Shown: piece after piece, positions 38,501 through 51,663 of the stretch
Layout of the letters: every line of letters starts with the position of its first letter
Numbering within the stretch: position 1 is the stretch's first letter
Origin: Auanema rhodensis
Lineage: Eukaryota > Animalia > Nematoda
Assembly: GCA_964057225.1 (NCBI GenBank)
Contig: OZ059899.1
Location: 18,352,001 to 18,416,000 of the forward strand
Direction: 5' to 3'
Length of the DNA stretch: 64,000 nt
Notes under the pieces: generated by a model
The model's database searches: none
What the model was told of the DNA's origin: nothing
The model's input: the letters and a program-made list of their open reading frames with translations, nothing else
Program-made: the position numbers and the translations under genes

Positions 38501-41500
38501 AATCGAGGATATAAGTGTGAACTTATATCAGTTGATATCTCGGTGCATTTTTAAGCTAGCGCAAATCTGATAACACAGATCGACGCAGCTTAAAAATCCG
38601 CATCGAATGCACTATACTGCATTGAGAAACGCTTATTACAAAAATTAGGTATGATCGTTTGAAAAATGATGCATTAGTGTATGTTGAGTTTCCATGTACA
38701 CTCAACATAGCTTCCAAAAACATTTTGACAAAAATTTTTCCGAAAAATTTTAAAATAATTTCGCAAAAAGTCGATGTTTTTAGATTTCTTTTTTCAAGGC
38801 AAAGACGATGGACAATGTTATTCAACGAAAAAATTATTTCTGCAGGGTGAAAATCGAGGATATAAGTGTGAACTTATATCAGTTGATATCTCGGTGCATT
38901 TTTAATCTAGCGCAAATCTGATAATACAGATCGACGCAGCTTAAAAATCCGCATCGAATGCACTATACAACATTGAGAAACGCTTGATACAAAAATTAGG
39001 TATGATCGTTTGAAAAATGATGCATTAGTGTATGTTGAGTTTCCATGTACACTCAACATTGCTTCCAAAAACATTTTGACAAAAATTTTTCCGAAAAATT
39101 TCGAAAAAATTTCGCGAAAAGTAGATGTTTTTAGATTCCTTTTTTCAAGGCAAAGACGATGGACAATGTTATTCAACGAAAAAATTATTTCTGCAGGGTG
39201 AAAATCGAGGATATAAGTGTGAACTTATATCAGTTGATATCTCGGTGCATTTTTAAGCTAGCGCAAATCTGATAACACAGATCGACGCAGCTTAAAAATC
39301 CGCATCGAATGCACTATACAACATTGAGAAACGCTCAATACAAAAATTAGTTATGATCGTTTGAAAAATGATGCATTAGTGTATGTTGAGTTTCCATGTA
39401 CACTCAACATTGCTTCCAAAAACATTTTGATAAAAATTTTTCCGAAAAATTTCGAAAAAATTTCGCGAAAAGTAGATGTTTTTAGATTCCTTTTTTCAAG
39501 GCAAAGACGATGGACAATGTTATTCAACGAAAAAATTATTTCTGCAGGGTGAAAATCGAGGATATAAGTGTGAACTTATATCAGTTGATATCTCGGTGCA
39601 TTTTTAAGCTAGCGCAAATCTGATAACACAGATCGACGCAGCTTAAAAATCCGCATCGAATGCACTATACAACATTGAGAAACGCTCAATACAAAAATTA
39701 GTTATGATCGTTTGAAAAATGATGCATTAGTGTATGTTGAGTTTCCATGTACACTCAACATTGCTTCCAAAAACATTTTGATAAAAATTTTTCCGAAAAA
39801 TTTCGAAAAAATTTCGCGAAAAGTAGATGTTTTTAGATTCCTTTTTTCAAGGCAAAGACGATGGACAATGTTATTCAACGAAAAAATTATTTCTGCAGGG
39901 TGAAAATCGAGGATATAAGTGTGAACTTATATCAGTTGATATCTCGGTGCATTTTTAAGCTAGCGCAAATCTGATAACACAGATCGACGCAGCTTAAAAA
40001 TCCGCATCGAATGCACTATACTACATTGAGAAACGCTTGATACAAAAATTAGGTATGATCGTTTGAAAAATGATGCATTAGTGTATGTTGAGTTTCCATG
40101 TACACTCAACATTGCTTCCAAAAACATTTTGACAAAAATTTTTCCGAAAAATTTCGAAAAAATTTCGCGAAAAGTAGATGTTTTTAGATTCCTTTTTTCA
40201 AGGCAAAGACGATGGACAATGTTATTCAACGAAAAAATTATTTCTGCAGGGTGAAAATCGAGGATATAAGTGTGAACTTATATCAGTTGATATCTCGGTG
40301 CATTTTTAAGCTAGCGCAAATCTGATAACACAGATCGACGCAGCTTAAAAATCCGCATCGAATGCACTATACTACATTGAGAAACGCTTGATACAAAAAT
40401 TAGGTATGATCGTTTGAAAAATGATGCATTAGTGTATGTTGAGTTTCCATGTACACTCAACATTGCTTCCAAAAACATTTTGATAAAAATTTTTCCGAAA
40501 AATTTCGAAAAAATTTCGCGAAAAGTAGATGTTTTTAGATTCCTTTTTTCAAGGCAAAGACGATGGACAATGTTATTCAACGAAAAAATTATTTCTGCAG
40601 GGTGAAAATCGAGGATATAAGTGTGAACTTATATCAGTTGATATCTCGGTGCATTTTTAAGCTAGCGCAAATCTGATAACACAGATCGACGCAGCTTAAA
40701 AATCCGCATCGAATGCACTATACAACATTGAGAAACGCTTAATACAAAAATTAGTTATGATTGTTTGAAAAATGATGCATTAGTGTATGTTGAGTTTCCA
40801 TGTACACTCAACATTGCTTCCAAAAACATTTTGATAAAAATTTTTCCGAAAAATTTCAAAATAATTTCGCAAAAAGTCGATGTTTTTAGATTTCTTTTTT
40901 CAAGGCAAAGACGATGGACAATGTTATTCAACGAAAAAATTATTTCTGCAGGGTGAAAATCGAGGATATAAGTGTGAACTTATATCAGTTGATATCTCGG
41001 TGCATTTTTAAGCTAGCGCAAATCTGATAACACAGATCGACGCAGCTTAAAAATCCGCATCGAATGCACTATACAACATTGAGAAACGCTTAATACAAAA
41101 ATTAGTTATGATTGTTTGAAAAATGATGCATTAGTGTATGTTGAGTTTCCATGTACACTCAACATTGCTTCCAAAAACATTTTGACAAAAATTTTTCCGA
41201 AAAATTTCAAAATAATTTCGCGAAAAGTTGATGTTTTTAGATTCCTTTTTTCAAGGCAAAGACGATGGACAATGTCATTCAACGAAAAAATTATTTCTGC
41301 AGGGTGAAAATCGAGGATATAAGTGTGAACTTATATCAGTTGATATCTCGGTGCATTTTTAAGCTAGCGCAAATCTGATAACACAGATCGACGCAACTTA
41401 AAAATCCGCATCGAATGCACTATACAACATTGAGAAACACTTAATACAAAAATTAGTTATGATCGTTTGAAAAATGATGCATTAGTGTATGTTGAGTTTC

Positions 41501-44500
41501 CATGTACACTCAACATTGCTTCCAAAAACATTTTGACAAAAATTTTTCCGAAAAATTTCAAAGTAATTTCGCGAAAAGTAGATGTTTTTAGATTCCTTTT
41601 TTCAAGGCAAAGACGATGGACAATGTTATTCAACGAAAAAATTATTTCTGCAGGGTGAAAATCGAGGATATAAGTGTGAACTTATATCAGTTGATATCTC
41701 GGTGCATTTTTAATCTAGCGCAAATCTGATAATACAGATCGACGCAGCTTAAAAATCCGCATCGAATGCACTATACAACATTGAGAAACGCTTAATACAA
41801 AAATTAGTTATGATCGTTTGAAAAATGATGCATTAGTGTATGTTGAGTTTCCATGTACACTCAACATTGCTTCCAAAAACATTTTGATAAAAATTTTTCC
41901 GAAAAATTTCGAAAAAATTTCGCGAAAAGTAGATGTTTTTAGATTCCTTTTTTCAAGGCAAAGACGATGGACAATGTTATTCAACGAAAAAATTAATTCT
42001 GCAGGGTGAAAATCGAGGATATAAGTGTGAACTTATATCAGTTGATATCTCGGTGCATTTTTAAGCTAGCGCAAATCTGATAACACAGATCGACGCAACT
42101 TAAAAATCCGCATCGAATGCACTATACAACATTGAGAAACGCTTAATACAAAAATTAGTTATGATCGTTTGAAAAATGATGCATTAGTGTATGTTGAGTT
42201 TCCATGTACACTCAACATTGCTTCCAAAAACATTTTGACAAAAATTTTTCCGAAAAATTTCAAAATAATTTCGCGAAAAGTAGATGTTTTTAGATTCCTT
42301 TTTTCAAGGCAAAGACGATGGACAATGTTATTCAACGAAAAAATTATTTCTGCAGGGTGAAAATCGAGGATATAAGTGTGAACTTATATCAGTTGATATC
42401 TCGGTGCATTTTTAATCTAGCGCAAATCTGATAATACAGATCGACGCAGCTTAAAAATCCGCATCGAATGCACTATACAACATTGAGAAACGCTTAATAC
42501 AAAAATTAGTTATGATCGTTTGAAAAATGATGCATTAGTGTATGTTGAGTTTCCATGTACACTCAACATTGCTTCCAAAAACATTTTGACAAAAATTTTT
42601 CCGAAAAATTTCGAAAAAATTTCGCGAAAAGTAGATGTTTTTAGATTCCTTTTTTCAAGGCAAAGACGATGGACAATGTTATTCAACGAAAAAATTATTT
42701 CTGCAGGGTGAAAATCGAGGATATAAGTGTGAACTTATATCAGTTGATATCTCGGTGCATTTTTAAGCTAGCGCAAATCTGATAACACAGATCGACGCAG
42801 CTTAAAAATCCGCATCGAATGCACTATACAACATTGAGAAACGCTCAATACAAAAATTAGTTATGATCGTTTGAAAAATGATGCATTAGTGTATGTTGAG
42901 TTTCCATGTACACTCAACATTGCTTCCAAAAACATTTTGATAAAAATTTTTCCGAAAAATTTCAAAATAATTTCGCGAAAAGTAGATGTTTTTAGATTCC
43001 TTTTTTCAAGGCAAAGACGATGGACAATGTTATTCAACGAAAAAATTAATTCTGCAGGGTGAAAATCGAGGATATAAGTGTGAACTTATATCAGTTGATA
43101 TCTCGGTGCATTTTTAAGCTAGCGCAAATCTGATAACACAGATCGACGCAACTTAAAAATCCGCATCGAATGCACTATACAACATTGAGAAACACTTAAT
43201 ACAAAAATTAGTTATGATCGTTTGAAAAATGATGCATTAGTGTATGTTGAGTTTCCATGTACACTCAACATTGCTTCCAAAAACATTTTGACAAAAATTT
43301 TTCCGAAAAATTTCAAAGTAATTTCGCGAAAAGTAGATGTTTTTAGATTCCTTTTTTCAAGGCAAAGACGATGGACAATGTTATTCAACGAAAAAATTAT
43401 TTCTGCAGGGTGAAAATCGAGGATATAAGTGTGAACTTATATCAGTTGATATCTCGGTGCATTTTTAATCTAGCGCAAATCTGATAATACAGATCGACGC
43501 AGCTTAAAAATCCGCATCGAATGCACTATACAACATTGAGAAACGCTTAATACAAAAATTAGTTATGATCGTTTGAAAAATGATGCATTAGTGTATGTTG
43601 AGTTTCCATGTACACTCAACATTGCTTCCAAAAACATTTTGATAAAAATTTTTCCGAAAAATTTCGAAAAAATTTCGCGAAAAGTAGATGTTTTTAGATT
43701 CCTTTTTTCAAGGCAAAGACGATGGACAATGTTATTCAACGAAAAAATTAATTCTGCAGGGTGAAAATCGAGGATATAAGTGTGAACTTATATCAGTTGA
43801 TATCTCGGTGCATTTTTAAGCTAGCGCAAATCTGATAACACAGATCGACGCAACTTAAAAATCCGCATCGAATGCACTATACAACATTGAGAAACGCTTA
43901 ATACAAAAATTAGTTATGATCGTTTGAAAAATGATGCATTAGTGTATGTTGAGTTTCCATGTACACTCAACATTGCTTCCAAAAACATTTTGACAAAAAT
44001 TTTTCCGAAAAATTTCAAAATAATTTCGCGAAAAGTAGATGTTTTTAGATTCCTTTTTTCAAGGCAAAGACGATGGACAATGTTATTCAACGAAAAAATT
44101 ATTTCTGCAGGGTGAAAATCGAGGATATAAGTGTGAACTTATATCAGTTGATATCTCGGTGCATTTTTAATCTAGCGCAAATCTGATAATACAGATCGAC
44201 GCAGCTTAAAAATCCGCATCGAATGCACTATACTGCATTGAGAAACGCTTGATACAAAAGTTAGTTATGATCGTTTGAAAAATGATGCATTAGTGTATGT
44301 TGAGTTTCCATGTACACTCAACATTGCTTCCAAAAACATTTTGACAAAAATTTTTCCGAAAAATTTCAAAATAATTTCGCGAAAAGTAGATGTTTTTAGA
44401 TTCCTTTTTTCAAGGCAAAGACGATGGACAATGTTATTCAACGAAAAAATTAATTCTGCAGGGTGAAAATCGAGGATATAAGTGTGAACTTATATCAGTT

Positions 44501-47500
44501 GATATCTCGGTGCATTTTTAATCTAGCGCAAATCTGATAATACAGATCGACGCAGCTTAAAAATCCGCATCGAATGCACTATACAACATTGAGAAACGCT
44601 TAATACAAAAATTAGTTATGATCGTTTGAAAAATGATGCATTAGTGTATGTTGAGTTTCCATGTACACTCAACATTGCTTCCAAAAACATTTTGACAAAA
44701 ATTTTTCCGAAAAATTTCAAAATAATTTCGCGAAAAGTAGATGTTTTTAGATTCCTTTTTTCAAGGCGAAGACGATGGACAATGTTATTCAACGAAAAAA
44801 TTATTTCTGCAGGGTGAAAATCGAGGATATAAGTGTGAACTTATATCAGTTGATATCTCGGTGCATTTTTAATCTAGCGCAAATCTGATAATACAGATCG
44901 ACGCAGCTTAAAAATCCGCATCGAATGCACTATACAACATTGAGAAACGCTTAATACAAAAATTAGTTATGATCGTTTGAAAAATGATGCATTAGTGTAT
45001 GTTGAGTTTCCATGTACACTCAACATTGCTTCCAAAAACATTTTGATAAAAATTTTTCCGAAAAATTTCGAAAAAATTTCGCGAAAAGTAGATGTTTTTA
45101 GATTCCTTTTTTCAAGGCAAAGACGATGGACAATGTTATTCAACGAAAAAATTATTTCTGCAGGGTGAAAATCGAGGATATAAGTGTGAACTTATATCAG
45201 TTGATATCTCGGTGCATTTTTAAGCTAGCGCAAATCTGATAACACAGATCGACGCAGCTTAAAAATCCGCATCGAATGCACTATACTACATTGAGAAACG
45301 CTTGATACAAAAATTAGGTATGATCGTTTGAAAAATGATGCATTAGTGTATGTTGAGTTTCCATGTACACTCAACATTGCTTCCAAAAACATTTTGACAA
45401 AAATTTTTCCGAAAAATTTCGAAAAAATTTCGCGAAAAGTAGATGTTTTTAGATTCCTTTTTTCAAGGCAAAGACGATGGACAATGTTATTCAACGAAAA
45501 AATTATTTCTGCAGGGTGAAAATCGAGGATATAAGTGTGAACTTATATCAGTTGATATCTCGGTGCATTTTCAAGCTAGCGCAAATCTGATAACACAGAT
45601 CGACGCAGCTTAAAAATCCGCATCGAATGCACTATACAACATTGAGAAACGCTCAATACAAAAATTAGTTATGATCGTTTGAAAAATGATGCATTAGTGT
45701 ATGTTGAGTTTCCATGTACACTCAACATTGCTTCCAAAAACATTTTGATAAAAATTTTTCCGAAAAATTTCGAAAAAATTTCGCGAAAAGTAGATGTTTT
45801 TAGATTCCTTTTTTCAAGGCAAAGACGATGGACAATGTTATTCAACGAAAAAATTATTTCTGCAGGGTGAAAATCGAGGATATAAGTGTGAACTTATATC
45901 AGTTGATATCTCGGTGCATTTTTAAGCTAGCGCAAATCTGATAACACAGATCGACGCAGCTTAAAAATCCGCATCGAATGCACTATACAACATTGAGAAA
46001 CGCTCAATACAAAAATTAGTTATGATCGTTTGAAAAATGATGCATTAGTGTATGTTGAGTTTCCATGTACACTCAACATTGCTTCCAAAAACATTTTGAT
46101 AAAAATTTTTCCGAAAAATTTCAAAATAATTTCGCGAAAAGTAGATGTTTTTAGATTCCTTTTTTCAAGGCAAAGACAATGGACAATGTTATTCAACGAA
46201 AAAATTAATTCTGCAGGGTGAAAATCGAGGATATAAGTGTGAACTTATATCAGTTGATATCTCGGTGCATTTTTAAGCTAGCGCAAATCTGATAACACAG
46301 ATCGACGCAGCTTAAAAATCCGCATCGAATGCACTATACAACATTGAGAAACGCTTAATACAAAAATTAGTTATGATCGTTTGAAAAATGATGCATTAGT
46401 GTATGTTGAGTTTCCATGTACACTCAACATTGCTTCCAAAAACATTTTGACAAAAATTTTTCCGAAAAATTTCAAAATAATTTCGCGAAAAGTAGATGTT
46501 TTTAGATTCCTTTTTTCAAGGCAAAGACGATGGACAATGTTATTCAACGAAAAAATTAATTCTGCAGGGTGAAAATCGAGGATATAAGTGTGAACTTATA
46601 TCAGTTGATATCTCGGTGCATTTTTAAGCTAGCGCAAATCTGATAACACAGATCGACGCAACTTAAAAATCCGCATCGAATGCACTATACAACATTGAGA
46701 AAAACACTTAATACAAAAATTAGTTATGATCGTTTGAAAAATGATGCATTAGTGTATGTTGAGTTTCCATGTACACTCAACATTGCTTCCAAAAACATTT
46801 TGACAAAAATTTTTCCGAAAAATTTCAAAGTAATTTCGCGAAAAGTAGATGTTTTTAGATTCCTTTTTTCAAGGCAAAGACGATGGACAATGTTATTCAA
46901 CGAAAAAATTATTTCTGCAGGGTGAAAATCGAGGATATAAGTGTGAACTTATATCAGTTGATATCTCGGTGCATTTTTAATCTAGCGCAAATCTGATAAT
47001 ACAGATCGACGCAGCTTAAAAATCCGCATCGAATGCACTATACAACATTGAAAAACGCTTAATACAAAAATTAGTTATGATCGTTTGAAAAATGATGCAT
47101 TAGTGTATGTTGAGTTTCCATGTACACTCAACATTGCTTCCAAAAACATTTTGATAAAAATTTTTCCGAAAAATTTCGAAAAAATTTCGCGAAAAGTAGA
47201 TGTTTTTAGATTCCTTTTTTCAAGGCAAAGACGATGGACAATGTTATTCAACGAAAAAATTAATTCTGCAGGGTGAAAATCGAGGATATAAGTGTGAACT
47301 TATATCAGTTGATATCTCGGTGCATTTTTAAGCTAGCGCAAATCTGATAACACAGATCGACGCAACTTAAAAATCCGCATCGAATGCACTATACAACATT
47401 GAGAAACGCTTAATACAAAAATTAGTTATGATCGTTTGAAAAATGATGCATTAGTGTATGTTGAGTTTCCATGTACACTCAACATTGCTTCCAAAAACAT

Positions 47501-50500
47501 TTTTACAAAAATTTTTCCGAAAAATTTCGAAATAATTTCGCAGAAAGTAGATGTTTTTAGATTCCTTTTTTCAAGGCAAAGACGATGGACATTGTTATTC
47601 AACGAAAAAATTAATTCTGCAGGGTGAAAATCGAGGATATAAGTGTGAACTTATATTAGTTGATATCTCGGTGCATTTTTAAGCTAGCGCAAATCTGATA
47701 ACACAGATCGACGCAGCTTAAAAATCCGCATCGAATGCACTATACAACATTGAGAAACGCTTAATACAAAAATTAGTTATGATCGTTTGAAAAATGATGC
47801 ATTAGTGTATGTTGAGTTTCCATGTACACTCAACATTGCTTCCAAAAACATTTTTACAAAAATTTTTCCGAAAAATTTCGAAACAATTTCGCGAAAAGTA
47901 GATGTTTTTAGATTCCTTTTTTCAAGGCAAAGACGATGGACATTGTTATTCAACGAAAAAATTAATTCTGCAGGGTGAAAATCGAGGATATAAGTGTGAA
48001 CTTATATCAGTTGATATCTCGGTGCATTTTTAAGGTAGCGCAAATCTGATAACACAGATCGACGCAGCTTAGAAATCCGCATCGAATGCACTATACTACA
48101 TTGAGAAACGCTTAATACAAAAATTAGTTATGATCGTTTGAAAAAAGATGCATTAGTGTAAGTTGAGTTTCCATGTACACTCAACATTGCTTCCAAAAAC
48201 ATTTTTAAAAAAATTTTTCCGAAAAATTTCGAAATAATTTCGCAGAAAGTAGATGTTTTTAAATTCCTTTTTTCAAGGCAAAGACGATGGACAATGTTAT
48301 TCAACGAAAAAATTAATTCTGCAGGGTGAAACTCGAGGATATAAGTGTGAACTTATATTAGTTGATATCTCGGTGCATTTTTAAGCTAGCGCAAATCTGA
48401 TAACACAGATCGACGCAGCTTAAAAATCCGCATCGAATGCACTATACTACATTGAGAAACGCTTAATACAAAAGTTAGTTATGATCGTTTGAAAAATGAT
48501 GCATTAGTGTATGTTGAGTTTCCATGTACACTCAACATTGCTTCCAAAAACATTTTGACAAAAATTTTTCCGAAAAATTTCAAAATAATTTTGCAAAAAG
48601 TAGATGTTTTTAGATTCCTTTTTTCAAGGCAAAGACGATGGACAAAGTTATTCAACGAAAAAGTTAATTCTGCAGGGTGAAAATCGAGGATATAAGTGTG
48701 AACTTATATCAGTTGATATCTCGGTGCATTTTTAAGCTAGCGCAAATCTGATAACACAGATCGACGCAGCTTAAAAATCCGCATCGAATGCACTATACAA
48801 CATTGAGAAACGCTTAATACAAAAATTAGTTAAGATCGTTTGAAAAAAGATGCATTAGTGTATGTTGAGTTTCCATGTACACTCAACATTGCTTCCAAAA
48901 ACATTTTGACAAAAATTTTTCCGAAAAATTTCGAAATAATTTCGCAGAAAGTAGATGTTTTTAAATTCCTTTTTTCAAGGCAAAGACGATGGACAATGTT
49001 ATTCAACGAAAAAATTAATTCTGCAGGGTGAAAATCGAGGATATAAGTGTGAACTTATATTAGTTGATATCTCGGTGCATTTTTAAGCTAGCGCAAATCT
49101 GATAACACAGATCGACGCAGCTTAAAAATCCGCATCGAATGCACTATACTACATTGAGAAACGCTTAATACAAAAGTTAGTTATGATCGTTTGAAAAATG
49201 ATGCATTAGTGTATGTTGAGTTTCCATGTACACTCAACATTGCTTCCAAAAACATTTTGACAAAATTTTTTCCGAAAAATTTCAAAATAATTTTGCAAAA
49301 AGTAGATGTTTTTAGATTCCTTTTTTCAAGGCAAAGACGATGTACAAAGTTATTCAACGAAAAAATTAATTCTGCAGGGTGAAAATCGAGGATATAAGTG
49401 TGAACTTATATCAGTTGATATCTCGGTGCATTTTTAAGCTAGCGCAAATCTGATAACACAGATCGACGCAGCTTAAAAATCCCCATCGAATGCACTATAC
49501 TACATTGAGAAACGCTTAATACAAAAGTTAGTTATGATCGTTTGAAAAATGATGCATTAGTGTATGTTGAGTTTCCATGTACACTCAACATTGCTTCCAA
49601 AAACATTTTGACAAAATTTTTTCCGAAAAATTTCAAAATAATTTTGCAAAAAGTAGATGTTTTTAGATTCCTTTTTTCAAGGCAAAGACGATGGACAATG
49701 TTATTCAACGAAAAAATTAATTCTCCAGGGTGAAAATCGAGGATGTAAGTGTGAACTTATATCAGTTGATATCTCGGTGCATTTTTAAGCTAGCGCAAAT
49801 CTGATAACACAGATCGACGCAGCTTAAAAAGCCGCATCGAATGCACTATACAACATTGAGAAACGCTTAATACAAAAATTAGTTATGATCGTTTGAAAAA
49901 TGATGCATTAGTGTATGTTGAGTTTCCATGTACACTCAACATTGCTTCCAAAAACATTTTTACAAAAATTTTTCCGAAAAATTTCGAAACAATTTCGCAA
50001 AAAGTAGATGTTTTTAGATTCCTTTTTTCAAGGCAAAGACGATGTACAAAGTTATTCAACGAAAAAATTAATTCTGCAGGGTGAAAATCGAGGATATAAG
50101 TGTGAACTTATATCAGTTGATATCTCGGTGCATTTTTAAGCTAGCGCAAATCTGATAACACAGATCGACGCAGCTTAAAAATCCGCATCGAATGCACTAT
50201 ACAACATTGAGAAACGCTTAATACAAAAATTAGTCAAGATCGTTTGAAAAAAGATGCATTAGTGTATGTTGAGTTTCCATGTACACTCAACATTGCTTCC
50301 AAAAACATTTTGACAAAAGTTTTTCCAAAAAATTTCAAAATAATTTCGCAAAAAGTAAATGTTTTTAGATTCCTTTTTTCAAGGCAAAGACGATGGACAA
50401 TGTTATTCAACGAAAAAATTAATTCTCCAGGGTGAAAATCGAGGATGTAAGTGTGAACTTATATCAGTTGATATCTCGGTGCATTTTTAAGCTAGCGCAA

Positions 50501-51583
50501 ATCTGATAACACAGATCGACGCAGCTTAAAAAGCCGCATCGAATGCACTATACAACATTGAGAAACGCTTAATACAAAAATTAGTTATGATCGTTTGAAA
50601 AATGATGCATTAGTGTATGTTGAGTTTCCATGTACACTCAACATTGCTTCCAAAAACATTTTTACAAAAATTTTTCCGAAAAATTTCGAAACAATTTCGC
50701 AAAAAGTAGATGTTTTTAGATTCCTTTTTTCAAGGCAAAGACGATGGACATTGTTATTCAACGAAAAAATTAATTCTGCAGGGTGAAAATCGAGGATATA
50801 AGTGTGAACTTATATCAGTTGATATCTCGGTGCATTTTTAAGGTAGCGCAAATCTGATAACACAGATCGACGCAGCTTAGAAATCCGCATCGAATGCACT
50901 ATACTACATTGAGAAACGCTTATTACAAAAATTAGTTATGATCGTTTGAAAAATGATGCATTAGTGTATGTTGAGTTTCCATGTACACTCAACATTGCTT
51001 CCAAAAACATTTTTACAAAAATTTTTCCGAAAAATTTCGAAATAATTTCGCAGAAAGTAGATGTTTTTAGATTCCTTTTTTCAAGGCAAAGACGATGGAC
51101 ATTGTTATTCAACGAAAAAATTAATTCTGCAGGGTGAAAATCGAGGATATAAGTGTGAACTTATATTAGTTGATATCTCGGTGCATTTTTAAGCTAGCGC
51201 AAATCTGATAACACAGATCGACGCAGCTTAAAAATCCGCATCGAATGCACTATACAACATTGAGAAACGCTTAATACAAAAATTAGTTATGATCGTTTGA
51301 AAAAAGATGCCTTAGTGTAAGTTGAGTTTCCATGTACACTCAACATTGCTTCCAAAAACATTTTTAAAAAAATTTTTCCGAAAAATTTCGAAATAATTTC
51401 GCAGAAAGTAGATGTTTTTAAATTCCTTTTTTCAAGGCAAAGACGATGGACAATGTTATTCAACGAAAAAATTAATTCTGCAGGGTGAAAATCGAGGATA
51501 TAAGTGTGAACTTATATTAGTTGATATCTCGGTGCATTTTTAAGCTAGCGCAAATCTGATAACACAGATCGACGCAGCTTAAA

Positions 51584-51663
51584 AATCCGCATCGAATGCA
51601 CTATACTACATTGAGAAACGCTTAATCCGCATCGAATGCACTATACAACAGTGAGAAACGCTT
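51584..51663. repeat. 40-bp tandem duplication within one SatA monomer (391-bp unit)
   Basis: AATCCGCATCGAATGCACTATACTACATTGAGAAACGCTT (51584-51623) is followed by a 2-mismatch copy (51624-51663). The ORF register shifts by +40. Confidence 0.95.

Noticed and set aside
46680-46925. Unique 81-aa ATG-initiated ORF
   Set aside because: Created by a 2-bp A insertion (GAGAAAAACAC) at ~46,701 in a single monomer. This is a homopolymer slip or sequencing error, not a gene.
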